From Ruminococcus albus 7 = DSM 20455 (GTDB taxonomy: Bacteria; Bacillota; Clostridia; Oscillospirales; Ruminococcaceae), in the NCBI RefSeq assembly GCF_000179635.2, contig NC_014833.1:1080001-1112000 (forward strand): 32,000 nucleotides of DNA, read 5' to 3'. Below are positions 10,597 through 18,600 of this stretch, piece by piece. The translations under genes were made by a program, and so were the position numbers. The notes under the pieces are model-generated. The model did no database searches. It was not told the DNA's origin and saw only the letters and a program-made list of their open reading frames with translations. The first letter of the stretch is position 1. The number at the start of each line of letters is the position of its first letter.

Positions 10597-11877
10597 ATGA
10601 AACTGACAGAAATGTCCCGTGAACAGCTTGTTGAGTTCAAGAATAAGGTACAGGCGGAGTATGACGGCTACAAGGCTCAGGGCCTTGCGCTGAATATGGC
10701 AAGAGGTAAGCCTGCAGCTGAGCAGCTTGATCTCACTGAGGGTCTGCTGACCTGTGTTTCAAAGAGCAGTGACTGCTTTGATGATGATGGTCTTGATTGC
10801 AGAAACTATGGCGGCCTTGACGGCATTCCTGCTGCAAAGAAGCTTTTTGCACCTATGCTGGGTGTAAGCGAGAAGGAGCTCATCGTGTTCGGTAACTCCA
10901 GTCTTAATATAATGTATGATACTATCGCAAAGTATCTCCTTTTCGGTGTTGACGAGGAGTCAAAGCCCTGGAGAGATCAGGGCAAGATCAAGTGGCTCTG
11001 CCCCGTTCCCGGATATGACAGACATTTCCTTATCTGCCAGAAGTTCGGTATCGAGATGATAAATATCCCTACCGATGAGAACGGTCCCGATATGGATATG
11101 ATCGAGAAGCTGGTCGCTGAGGATGACAGCATCAAGGGTATCTGGTGTGTACCTATGTACGCTAACCCCACAGGTGTTACTTACAGCGATGAAGTTGTAA
11201 AGAGATTTGCAAACATGAAGACAAAGGCTTCGGATTTCCGTATCTTCTGGGATAACGCTTACTGCGTACATCACCTGACAGATACTCCCGACAAGCTGCT
11301 GAACATTCTTGATGAGTGCAAGGCTGCAGGCAACCCCGAGAGAGTTGTAATGTTCGCATCTACTTCCAAGATCAGCTATGCCGGTGCAGGTGTGGCTATC
11401 ATGGGTGCAAGTGAAGCTAATATCAAGTATATCCTCTCGCTGATGACAGTTCAGACCATCGGTCACGACAAGATCAATCAGCTCAGACACGTTAAGTTCT
11501 TCGGTGATTTTGAGGGACTTAAAGAGCACATGAAGAAGCACAAGGCGCTTATCGCTCCCCGTTTTGAGGTAGTACTGGATACCCTCGACAAGGAACTGGG
11601 CGAACTGGGCGTAGCTAAGTGGACAAAGCCCAACGGCGGTTACTTTGTAAGCTTTGATGCTATGAACGGTACTGCAAAGCGCATAGTTACTCTCTGCAAG
11701 GAAGCAGGCGTTGTACTGACAGGTGCAGGCGCAACATTCCCTTACGGCAAGGATCCCGATGATAAGAATATACGTGTAGCTCCCACATATCCCCCTGTTG
11801 AGGAGCTGAAGATAGCAGCTAAGCTGTTTACCGTATGTGTTAAGCTTGCAAGTGCTGAAAAGCTGCTTGCAGAATAA
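10597..11877 (+). CDS. PLP-dependent aminotransferase, class I/II fold
   Basis: This is a 426-aa ORF with RBS GGAGGG. It has a typical fold-type I layout including the candidate PLP-lysine context ASTSKISYAGAG. Substrate specificity cannot be read from the sequence. Confidence 0.8.
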   Translation: MKLTEMSREQLVEFKNKVQAEYDGYKAQGLALNMARGKPAAEQLDLTEGLLTCVSKSSDCFDDDGLDCRNYGGLDGIPAAKKLFAPMLGVSEKELIVFGNSSLNIMYDTIAKYLLFGVDEESKPWRDQGKIKWLCPVPGYDRHFLICQKFGIEMINIPTDENGPDMDMIEKLVAEDDSIKGIWCVPMYANPTGVTYSDEVVKRFANMKTKASDFRIFWDNAYCVHHLTDTPDKLLNILDECKAAGNPERVVMFASTSKISYAGAGVAIMGASEANIKYILSLMTVQTIGHDKINQLRHVKFFGDFEGLKEHMKKHKALIAPRFEVVLDTLDKELGELGVAKWTKPNGGYFVSFDAMNGTAKRIVTLCKEAGVVLTGAGATFPYGKDPDDKNIRVAPTYPPVEELKIAAKLFTVCVKLASAEKLLAE

Positions 11878-11925
11878 GCTTTCATCTCAGCCCCTTTGGG
11901 CTGACAAAATATACGATCATCAAAA

Positions 11926-11965
11926 ACACCTCCGATCGGCTATGGTCGGAGGTGTTTTGCGTTTT
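11926..11965 (+). terminator. Intrinsic terminator of the aminotransferase gene
   Basis: ACACCTCCGATC pairs with GGTCGGAGGTGT in a 12-bp stem with one G-U pair, followed by TTTTGCGTTTT. Confidence 0.8.
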
Positions 11966-12001
11966 ATCATAACAGTACTGTATTGATATCAGTAGTGGTC
12001 A

Positions 12002-12100
12002 GAAAAAAAGAAAACGACATATATCTCAGTATATTCATCATTTATGTTCACTGAAACAGCAGTGCTCACAGATGATGGATACAGAAATAGATATGTCGTT
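12002..12100 (-). terminator. Possible large-loop or branched terminator of the TSCPD-like gene
   Basis: On the minus strand AACGACATATCT pairs with AGATATATGTCGTT and is followed by TTTTCTTTTTTTC. The loop is about 60 nt and has its own small stem, so the structure is atypical. Confidence 0.35.
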
Positions 12101-12159
12101 TACTACAATTGTTCTGCTGTACATGATCCTCACTGCGCTATAAGGAGCGAGGAGGAACA

Positions 12160-12417
12160 TCAGGCATTTTCTTCCAGAGCTTTTTCAACTGCAATAGCAA
12201 GCTGATCTGCGCAGGAAGTTCCTCTTCCGCTGCAATCGTTGCCTTTGAGCAGACGAACGGCATCTTCGGGGGCAGCGCCCTCAAGCAGCTTGCCTATGGC
12301 TTTCAGATTGCCGTTGCAGCCGCCTACGAAGCTGACATCATGGAGCTTGCCATCCACGATATCAAAGGATATTTTTCTTGCACATACACCGTGAGGTGTA
12401 TAATCATAGGTAGCCAT
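12160..12417 (-). CDS. TSCPD/TIGR03905-like 4-Cys small protein
   Basis: This is an 85-aa product, MATYDYTPHGVCARKISFDIVDGKLHDVSFVGGCNGNLKAIGKLL..GNDCSGRGTSCADQL. The RBS AAGGAGGG lies upstream of the ATG at 12415-12417. The longer track ORF ending at 12489 has no RBS. Confidence 0.8.
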   Translation of the reverse strand: MATYDYTPHGVCARKISFDIVDGKLHDVSFVGGCNGNLKAIGKLLEGAAPEDAVRLLKGNDCSGRGTSCADQLAIAVEKALEENA

Positions 12418-12525
12418 ATTATCCCTCCTTGAAAAGCTACGGTCGTATGGTGGTCGCGAATATGACACGTCGGTACACCTGCGGCGCAATTAAGGCTTCG
12501 GAAGTATCCCTACAGGTCTGATAAT

Positions 12526-12554
12526 ATTATAACATATTTTTGGCAGGAAATCAA
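12526..12554 (-). promoter_or_regulatory. Sigma-A type promoter for the TSCPD-like gene
   Basis: The minus strand reads TTGATT, a 17-nt spacer, then TATAAT. This leaves a leader of about 100 nt. Confidence 0.55.
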
Positions 12555-12705
12555 CACTGCTATACCGACAGATATCGTTTAAGAAATAAAAAGTTTACAC
12601 ATTTTATGTTAAGCCATATAGCAGTTAAACTGCTTATGTTGTATACCAAACAGCACAGGGATACACTATGTTGAAAATATATGGCAGATATTAATAATAA
12701 TTATC

Positions 12706-12734
12706 TTTACATTTTGGGGAAAATGTGGTATAAT
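12706..12734 (+). promoter_or_regulatory. Sigma-A type promoter for the SGNH lipoprotein gene
   Basis: TTTACA, a 17-nt spacer, then TGG-TATAAT (an extended -10), located 50 nt upstream of the ATG. Confidence 0.65.
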
Positions 12735-12784
12735 GTCCACAAAGCGGAGAGGGGCTCCGCTGAGATGAAGGATATGGTGATAAT

Positions 12785-14044
12785 ATGAAAATAACTAAGA
12801 TCACAGCGCTGCTGACGGCACTTATAATGTCGGCAGGGGCAGCATCCTGCGGAGGAAAGCAGGATGACAGCAAGGCAGAGGTATCCTCGGCGGCGGTGAG
12901 CGGTGAAGAACAGGTGACAGAGAGTCAGCCTGAGAAACTGCCCGAAACAGACGAGGAGTGGGATGCTGCCATGATAAACAAGGCTATGACATCCTACGGC
13001 AACACCAAACAGATACGGGAAGTTATTGAAAAAGCACAGAGCGGCGAAGAAGTCACGATAGCGTATCTGGGCGGTTCAATAACTGAGGGTATATCTGCGG
13101 GCGCAGACCTTTGCTATGCAAAACTCAGCTATGAGCATTTTGCAGAGAAATTCGGTACAGGCGATAATGTAAAGTATGTAAACGCAGGCATAAGCGGCAC
13201 GCCATCTAAGCTTGGTATACTGCGTCTGCAGAGAGATGTGCTAGCCTATGACCCTGATATCGTGTTCATTGAATTTGCTGTGAATGACGGCGGTGATGCT
13301 GAATTTCAGAATGCTTATGAATCCATAGTAAAGACCCTGATGCAGAAGGGAATAGCCCCTGTTTTGCTGTTTTCGGTTACCGAGGATGATCATTCCGCAC
13401 AGGATTACATGAAGCAGATAGGTGAGGCTTACCGTCTGCCTATGATATCCTACTGCGATGCGCTGAGGTTCATGTTTGAAAACGGACGGATGACATGGAA
13501 GGATTTTTCAAACGATCAGTCGCACCCGAATACTGAGGGACACGCGCTTGTGGCAAGAATGATAGACCATTACTGGGATACTGTTATGGATATCGAGCCT
13601 GAGGGCGATGTGATAATGCCTTTTGAAGATGTATTTCATCCGCGTGAGATAGGTGCGGATATGCTGGAGAATGACAGGCTGACACCTATCGAAACGGGCA
13701 GCTGGACTATAGGCTCTGATACAGCACACTTCACAAACGGCTGGACCCATGACCCGGAGCTTGGAAACGAGCCTATAGTTTTCGAGGTCGAAGCGAAGTT
13801 CCTGTACCTTATATATAAAGAGGTCAGCGGAGGAAAGTTCGGTGATATGCACGTTCATATTACTCTTGACGGTGAGGAATATGCAGACCGTGATGTTACG
13901 GCGGTAACACCTGAGGGCTGGGGCGGACCCAACAGGTCGAATGTTGTAATGGAGCCTTCGCCTGCAAAATACAGGGTGGAGATATCAATGGCTTCAGGCA
14001 GTGAGGATAAGACAGCACAGCTGCTCGCGCTTGGTATAGTATAA
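12785..14044 (+). CDS. Lipoprotein, SGNH/GDSL-family hydrolase (esterase)
   Basis: There is a signal peptide with a lipobox (LIMSAGAASC). SGNH blocks are readable: block I YLGGSITEG, block III FAVNDG and block V DQSHPN. Confidence 0.8.
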   Translation: MKITKITALLTALIMSAGAASCGGKQDDSKAEVSSAAVSGEEQVTESQPEKLPETDEEWDAAMINKAMTSYGNTKQIREVIEKAQSGEEVTIAYLGGSITEGISAGADLCYAKLSYEHFAEKFGTGDNVKYVNAGISGTPSKLGILRLQRDVLAYDPDIVFIEFAVNDGGDAEFQNAYESIVKTLMQKGIAPVLLFSVTEDDHSAQDYMKQIGEAYRLPMISYCDALRFMFENGRMTWKDFSNDQSHPNTEGHALVARMIDHYWDTVMDIEPEGDVIMPFEDVFHPREIGADMLENDRLTPIETGSWTIGSDTAHFTNGWTHDPELGNEPIVFEVEAKFLYLIYKEVSGGKFGDMHVHITLDGEEYADRDVTAVTPEGWGGPNRSNVVMEPSPAKYRVEISMASGSEDKTAQLLALGIV

Positions 14045-14051
14045 ACTTATA

Positions 14052-14109
14052 ATAATAAACGGGTGTCACAGATCTCGCATTTATGCGAAACAGTGACACC
14101 CGTATTTTA
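14052..14109. terminator. Bidirectional intrinsic terminator between convergent genes
   Basis: CGGGTGTCAC (14060-14069) pairs with GTGACACCCG (14093-14102) and encloses an inner TCGCA/TGCGA stem. The hairpin is flanked by AATAATAAA and TATTTTA. Confidence 0.8.
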
Positions 14110-14120
14110 TGCATTGACTA

Positions 14121-14462
14121 TCATTCCCAGTTTTTCCATATATCGGGACAGTAACCCACAGTAGCCTGTCTGCCGTTGCGGACAACTGGTGCGGCTATGA
14201 GTGAAGGTTCTTCAAGGAGTTTTTCCCGCTTCTCCTCCATGCTGCCCAGATATTTCAGCAGGTCGGCGGTCTCGCCTTTGGCTTTGGGGTCGATGAGTTT
14301 CTCGATATCGCCTACAGCCTTCAGCACCGAATCAAATTCGCCCTTGCTCATTCCCTTGCTCACAAGGTCGATGGACTGGAATTTAATGCCGCGCTCTTTG
14401 AAATAGCGCTCTGCCTTTTTGGTATCAAAGCTTTTTGCTTTGCCGAATATTTGTATGTTCAT
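14121..14462 (-). CDS. ArsC/Spx/YffB-family (glutaredoxin-like) protein lacking the N-terminal redox cysteine
   Basis: This is a 113-aa product, MNIQIFGKAKSFDTKKAERYFKERGIKFQSIDL...AAPVVRNG. The RBS GAGGTG lies upstream of the ATG at 14460-14462. The track ORF extension to 14633 runs into the tRNA-like gene. Ser sits where family members usually carry Cys (KSFDT). Confidence 0.75.
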   Translation of the reverse strand: MNIQIFGKAKSFDTKKAERYFKERGIKFQSIDLVSKGMSKGEFDSVLKAVGDIEKLIDPKAKGETADLLKYLGSMEEKREKLLEEPSLIAAPVVRNGRQATVGYCPDIWKNWE

Positions 14463-14480
14463 TATTTTCACCTCTGTATA

Positions 14481-14509
14481 ATAATACACCGTCGTATGTG
14501 TGCTTTCAA
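14481..14509 (-). promoter_or_regulatory. Sigma-A type promoter for the ArsC-family gene
   Basis: The minus strand reads TTGAAA, a 17-nt spacer, then TATTAT. Confidence 0.5.
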
Positions 14510-14568
14510 GTATGGTTTTAAGCGACAAAGCTACAAGCTTGCCGTCATCGGAAACAGGAAAAATATAA

Positions 14569-14670
14569 GGCAGATGGCGGGAATCGAACCCGCGAGATCG
14601 CCGCAGATACCCCCGCCGTATATCACCGACCACGCATCCGCGACCGCGTTACCTCTTCGCCGCATCTGCC
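14569..14670 (-). ncRNA. tRNA-like RNA gene of 102 nt with an atypical central arm and no canonical anticodon arm found by hand
   Basis: The minus strand reads GGCAGATGCGGCGAAGAGGTAACGCGGTCGCGGATGCGTGGTCGGTGATATACGGCGGGGGTATCTGCGGCGATCTCGCGGGTTCGATTCCCGCCATCTGCC.
- Acceptor stem: a perfect 8-bp stem (GGCAGATG/CATCTGCC).
- T-arm: GCGGG-TTCGATT-CCCGC directly abuts the acceptor stem.
- D-arm: the loop AAGAGGTAA carries the GG dinucleotide.
- Central arm: nt 27-71 form one 45-nt extended hairpin.
No CCA is encoded. Confidence 0.6.
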
Positions 14671-14687
14671 GAACATCTTCTGAAAAT

Positions 14688-14716
14688 ATTATACCACAGA
14701 ATGCTGTTTAATGCAA
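14688..14716 (-). promoter_or_regulatory. Strong sigma-A type promoter driving the tRNA-like gene
   Basis: The minus strand reads TTGCAT, a 17-nt spacer, then TGG-TATAAT (an extended -10). The -10 element ends 17 nt upstream of the first G of the acceptor stem. Confidence 0.7.
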
Positions 14717-14742
14717 GCTGGAACGCGGCTTTTGAAAAATGG

Positions 14743-14772
14743 CAAAAAAATAGCAGGTCAACGGTGACCTGC
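14743..14772 (-). terminator. Intrinsic terminator, minus strand only
   Basis: An 8-bp GC-rich stem (14753-14760 with 14765-14772) has a 4-nt loop. A U-run follows on the minus strand only. Confidence 0.75.
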
Positions 14773-14866
14773 GGAAAATAAAACAAAAAAACTATGTGTA
14801 GAACAAAAGAAAGGAGACAACAAAACGGATGTTAAATCAATCTGATTATTCGATTTCCTTAACACC
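14743..14866 (-). ncRNA. Candidate small RNA of about 120 nt, delimited by a consensus promoter and an intrinsic terminator
   Basis: The predicted transcript has a 5' stem-loop (GUUAA..AAUC/GAUU..UUAAC). It then has a U/C-rich single-stranded stretch containing UUGUCUCCUUUCUUUUG, which is anti-Shine-Dalgarno-like. It ends with the terminator GCAGGUCA-CCGU-UGACCUGC followed by UAUUUUUUU. No ORF of 60 aa or more is present. Confidence 0.5.
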
Positions 14867-14872
14867 ATTTAT

Positions 14873-14901
14873 ATTATAATCGGTTTTACGAAAAAAGTCA
14901 A
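14873..14901 (-). promoter_or_regulatory. Sigma-A type promoter of the candidate sRNA
   Basis: The minus strand reads TTGACT, a 17-nt spacer, then TATAAT. Confidence 0.65.
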
Positions 14902-15247
14902 GGGGTATGGGAATGTTTTTTTGGAAACTCGCAAATTTCAGCAACTTGCACAATTTTCATTTTTTTGTGTGGCTATTTGCTCTATATAATGATTTAACAG
15001 TATAAATACGCAGTTATTACATTGTTCTTATTAATATAAAGTATAAAAAGATTGTTTTATATATTTATAAACTTATGAAGAAAGCGTATACAAACTTTTT
15101 CGTCTTTGCCAAAAATTGCTCTTTTATTTGTGCATATTTCTTGATAAACTGTTCATAATAGTTTCAGCAACGGCAAACACACCGTAATGCTGAAGATCCA
15201 GCGATTTTATGCATTAACGGAACAGCCGAAAGAAAGGAATGGTATCA

Positions 15248-15457
15248 ATGCTTGACAGGATAGCTCTGGCGCTGCTTATCGTCGGCGGTATAAACTGGGG
15301 GCTGCTGGGTATATTTGAATTTGATCTGGTGGCTTTCATCTTTGGCGGACAGGCAGCATTTTTATCGAGGATAGTCTACACACTGGTGGCGATATCCGCG
15401 GTATGGTGCATCTCACTGTTCTTCAAGGACAGGGAGCTCCTTCCCGACATGGTATAG
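15248..15457 (+). CDS. DUF378-family small membrane protein
   Basis: MLDRIALALLIVGGINWGLLGIFEFDLVAFIFGG.. matches the characteristic DUF378 N-terminus. The second ATG at 15248 has better spacing to AAGAAAGGAA than the ATG at 15239. Confidence 0.75.
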   Translation: MLDRIALALLIVGGINWGLLGIFEFDLVAFIFGGQAAFLSRIVYTLVAISAVWCISLFFKDRELLPDMV

Positions 15458-15481
15458 CGCACTGCTCTGCCGTAGGATCAA

Positions 15482-15578
15482 GGCAGGGCAGAGAAGCTTC
15501 CGACCCAGAACGCACAAGGTACGGGCTTGCAGCGTTATGGGAGGGCTGCAAGTCCGACGGGAGCTTCTCTGTCCTGCT
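15482..15578. other. 97-nt extended imperfect hairpin of unknown function in the convergent intergenic region
   Basis: The outer stem is 20 bp (15482-15501 with 15559-15578, including three G-U pairs). The inner stem is 12 bp (15522-15533 with 15545-15556). A 20-nt asymmetric internal loop separates them. An upstream CTCTGCC (15465-15471) could pair alternatively with GGCAGAG (15486-15492). Confidence 0.6.
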
Positions 15579-15629
15579 TTGCGCTGTTCTGTAGTAAAAA
15601 AATAAGGTTGTATGCCGTGAAAACAACAA

Positions 15630-15666
15630 TAAAAAAGACACTTCCGGGCATTATCGGAAGTGTCTT
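15630..15666 (-). terminator. Intrinsic terminator of the dockerin-protein gene
   Basis: AAGACACTTCCG (15635-15646) pairs with CGGAAGTGTCTT (15655-15666), followed by TTTTTT on the minus strand. Confidence 0.85.
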
Positions 15667-15677
15667 GATATTAATGA

Positions 15678-18600
15678 TCATTTCTTTGTAATGATCAGAG
15701 ATTGTCTGCCGAGTTTAGTGTAGGTATCCATAAAGAAATCATAGGACATGGTCTGCACCTTGCCGTAATAGCTGCTGCTGTCGAAGTTTTCAACATTACC
15801 GAGTATAAAGCAGTTATTGGCATCGTCATAACCTGTCAGCACTGCAGTGTGCTGTCTGCCGTACCAGGTGAAGTTATATGTGCCTGAGCCGGGGTTAGAA
15901 TACTTCTGACCTGCGGTGATCGTCTGGGTGCAAACAGCATAGGGCTCTACCTCAGAGTACCATACTATGGGGTTGTTGCCTTTGTCGATCTCAGTTTTAA
16001 GACCGTTGATATCAAGTCCGCCGCTGACGGCAGTATTTCCAAGGTCGAGTTTACCGGGATCGAATTTCAGCTTATTGACGTTGTTGCCTGTGTAATAATC
16101 GGTGTTCAGGGCGATGTTGTAGCTGTTGCGTACGCCGATATAATTAAGGTACTGGTGTGCAGATTGTGCTACAAGAGGAGCATAACAGCCGTAGCCCACG
16201 CTGCCTTCCATGCGGTAGGGTGAACCCCAGAAACAGTAGTTGGGGTCAACGTTGACAGCGCCGTTGTAGAATGCCTGTTCGGGCATATAGTAGTCGATCA
16301 GTGTGTTTTTGCTGACATTTATACCGAACTGGTAGTTAAGTACCGATGCAAGTGCGGTTTCCTCGCAGCCGAGAACAGCAGGATTTCCGCCGAGATAGCC
16401 GTCCTGGTTGATGACCGTCAGACCGCTGTTAGCGTAGTTTTTTACGCATGAAGTAGGAACATATCCCACCTGAGTGCCGTTTGAGTTAGGCAGGAAGATC
16501 TTAGTCCAGCCGTTAGCAGGGAGATCCGTCTGCATAACTGTGTTACCGACATAAAGATTGCCAAGCTTGGTACTGCCTGTGCTTGCGTTCGCATAAATTG
16601 GTGTAGCGGTCGTACACTTTACATAGCCGTCGGTCACAACTGTAACAGTGGTAGAATAAGAACCGTATGCCTTCTGACCGTTAACGGTCTTGTATGCGCG
16701 AACTCTTGTCTTGAAGCCTGTGCGCTGTGCAAGGTTTGTGAACTTGTAGCTTCTGGCGGTCTTTGCGTCATAAGCTTTCCACTTGCCGTCTATCTGTATA
16801 GAAGCTTCATAGCCCTCAGCGCCCGAAACTGCATTCCACATGAGGGTAGCAGTTGTGGTGTCGCTGTTGTAGAAATAGCTGTTGAATGTAGGTGCGGCGA
16901 GATCGGCTTTCTGCTCGGTCTGAGTATTGCTGTCTGCACTTACGCATGAAGTAGGAACATAACCGATCTGAGTGCCGTTGGAGTTAGGCAGGAAGATCTT
17001 AGTCCAGCCGTTAGTGGGGAGATCTGTCTGCATAACTGTGTTACCGACATAAAGATTTCCAAGCTTGGTAGAACCTGTGCTTGCGTTCGCATAAATTGGT
17101 GTAGCGGTCGTACACTTAACATAGCCGTCGGTAACAACGGTAACGGTGGTAGAATAAGAACCGTATGCCTTCTGACCGTTAACGGTCTTGTATGCGCGAA
17201 CCCTTGTCTTGAAGCCTGTGCGCTGTGCAAGGTTTGTGAACTTGTAGCTTTTGGCGGTCTTTGCGTCATAAGCTTTCCATTTGCCGTCTATCTGAATAGA
17301 AGCTTCATAGCCCTCAGCGCCCGAAACTGCGTTCCACATCAGGGTAGCAGTTGTGGTGTCACTGTTGTAGAAGTAGCTGTTGAATGTAGGTGCAGCGAGA
17401 TCGGCTTTCTGCTCGGTCTGTGTGTTTGTATCTGCGCTTACGCATGAAGTAGGAACATAACCGATCTGAGTGCCGTTGGAATTAGGCAGGAAGATCTTAG
17501 TCCAGCCGTTTGCAGGAAGATCCGTCTGCATAACTGTGTTGCCGACATACAGATTTCCAAGCTTGGTAGAACCTGTGCTTGCGTTCGCATAAATTGGTGT
17601 AGCGGTCGTACACTTAACATAGCCGTCGGTAACAACGGTAACAGTGGTAGAATAAGAACCGTATGCCTTCTGACCGTTAACGGTCTTGTAAGCGCGAACC
17701 CTTGTCTTGAAGCCTGTTCTCTGTGCAAGGTTTGTGAACTTGTAGCTTCTGGCGGTCTTTGCATCGTATGCTTTCCATTTACCGTCTATCTGAATAGAAG
17801 CCTCATAACCCTCAGCGCCCGAAACTGCGTTCCACATGAGGGTAGCTGTTGTGGTGTCACTGTTGTAGAAGTAGCTGTTGAATGTGGGGGCGGCGAGATC
17901 GGCTTTCTGCTCGGTCTGTGTGTTTGTATCTGCGCTTACGCATGAAGTAGGAACATAACCGATCTGAGTGCCGTTGGAATTAGGCAGGAAGATCTTAGTC
18001 CAGCCGTTTGCAGGGAGATCCGTCTGCATAACTGTGTTACCGACATAGAGATTTCCAAGCTTGGTAGAACCTGTGCTTGCGTTCGCATAAATTGGTGTAG
18101 CGGTCGTACACTTTACATAGCCGTCGGTAACAACGGTAACAGTGGTAGAATAAGAACCGTATGCCTTCTGACCATTAACGGTCTTGTAAGCGCGAACTCT
18201 TGTCTTGAAGCCTGTGCGCTGTGCAAGGTTAGTGAACTTGTAGCTTCTGGCGGTCTTTGCGTCATAAGCTATCCACTTACCGTCTATCTGAATAGAAGCT
18301 TCGTAGCCCTCAGCCCCCGAAACTGCGTTCCACATGAGGGTAGCTGTTGTGGTGTCACTGTTGTAGAAGTAGCTGTTGAATGTAGGTGCAGCGAGATCGG
18401 CTTTCTGCTCGGTCTGTGTATTGGAATCCGCACTTACGCATGAAGTAGGAACATAACCGATCTGAGTGCCGTTGGAGTTAGGCAGGAAGATCTTAGTCCA
18501 GCCGTTTGCAGGGAGATCCGTCTGCATAACTGTGTTACCGACATAAAGATTGCCAAGCTTTGTGCTGCCTGTGCTTGCGTTCGCATAAATTGGTGTAGCG

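Noticed and set aside
12418-12525. The ~100-nt leader of the TSCPD-like gene as a riboswitch
   Set aside because: I could only find short, ambiguous stems and no recognisable conserved riboswitch core such as a B12 box. The evidence is insufficient without a covariance-model scan.
14463-14633. The N-terminal extension of the ArsC-family ORF (track ORF 14121..14633) and the + ORF 14451..14711
   Set aside because: The extension has no RBS and runs through the gene's own promoter into the tRNA-like gene. The internal ATG at 14460-14462 has GAGGTG and gives a canonical family N-terminus.
14569-14670. tRNA-Sec, tRNA-His or tmRNA identity for the tRNA-like gene
   Set aside because: - tRNA-Sec: the 8-bp acceptor stem suggested it, but there is no UCA triplet in the RNA.
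- tRNA-His: there is no foldable 5-bp/7-nt arm presenting GUG.
- tmRNA: the third acceptor pair is C-G rather than G-U, and there is no mRNA-like domain.
The gene is therefore left as tRNA-like with unassigned identity.
14828-14878. A 16-codon plus-strand ORF (MLNQSDYSISLTPFIL) preceded by AAAGGAGA
   Set aside because: The RBS spacing of ~12 nt is long and no plus-strand promoter was found. The opposite strand has a consensus promoter and a terminator, so the AGGAGA is more simply the complement of the sRNA's CUCCU stretch. The ORF is kept as an alternative in the sRNA finding.
15403-15641. ORFs 15403..15594 (+) and 15423..15641 (-)
   Set aside because: They overlap each other and the long hairpin and terminator region. 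They have no RBS, and their Arg/Ser/Pro/Cys-rich composition is typical of translated GC-rich palindromic DNA.
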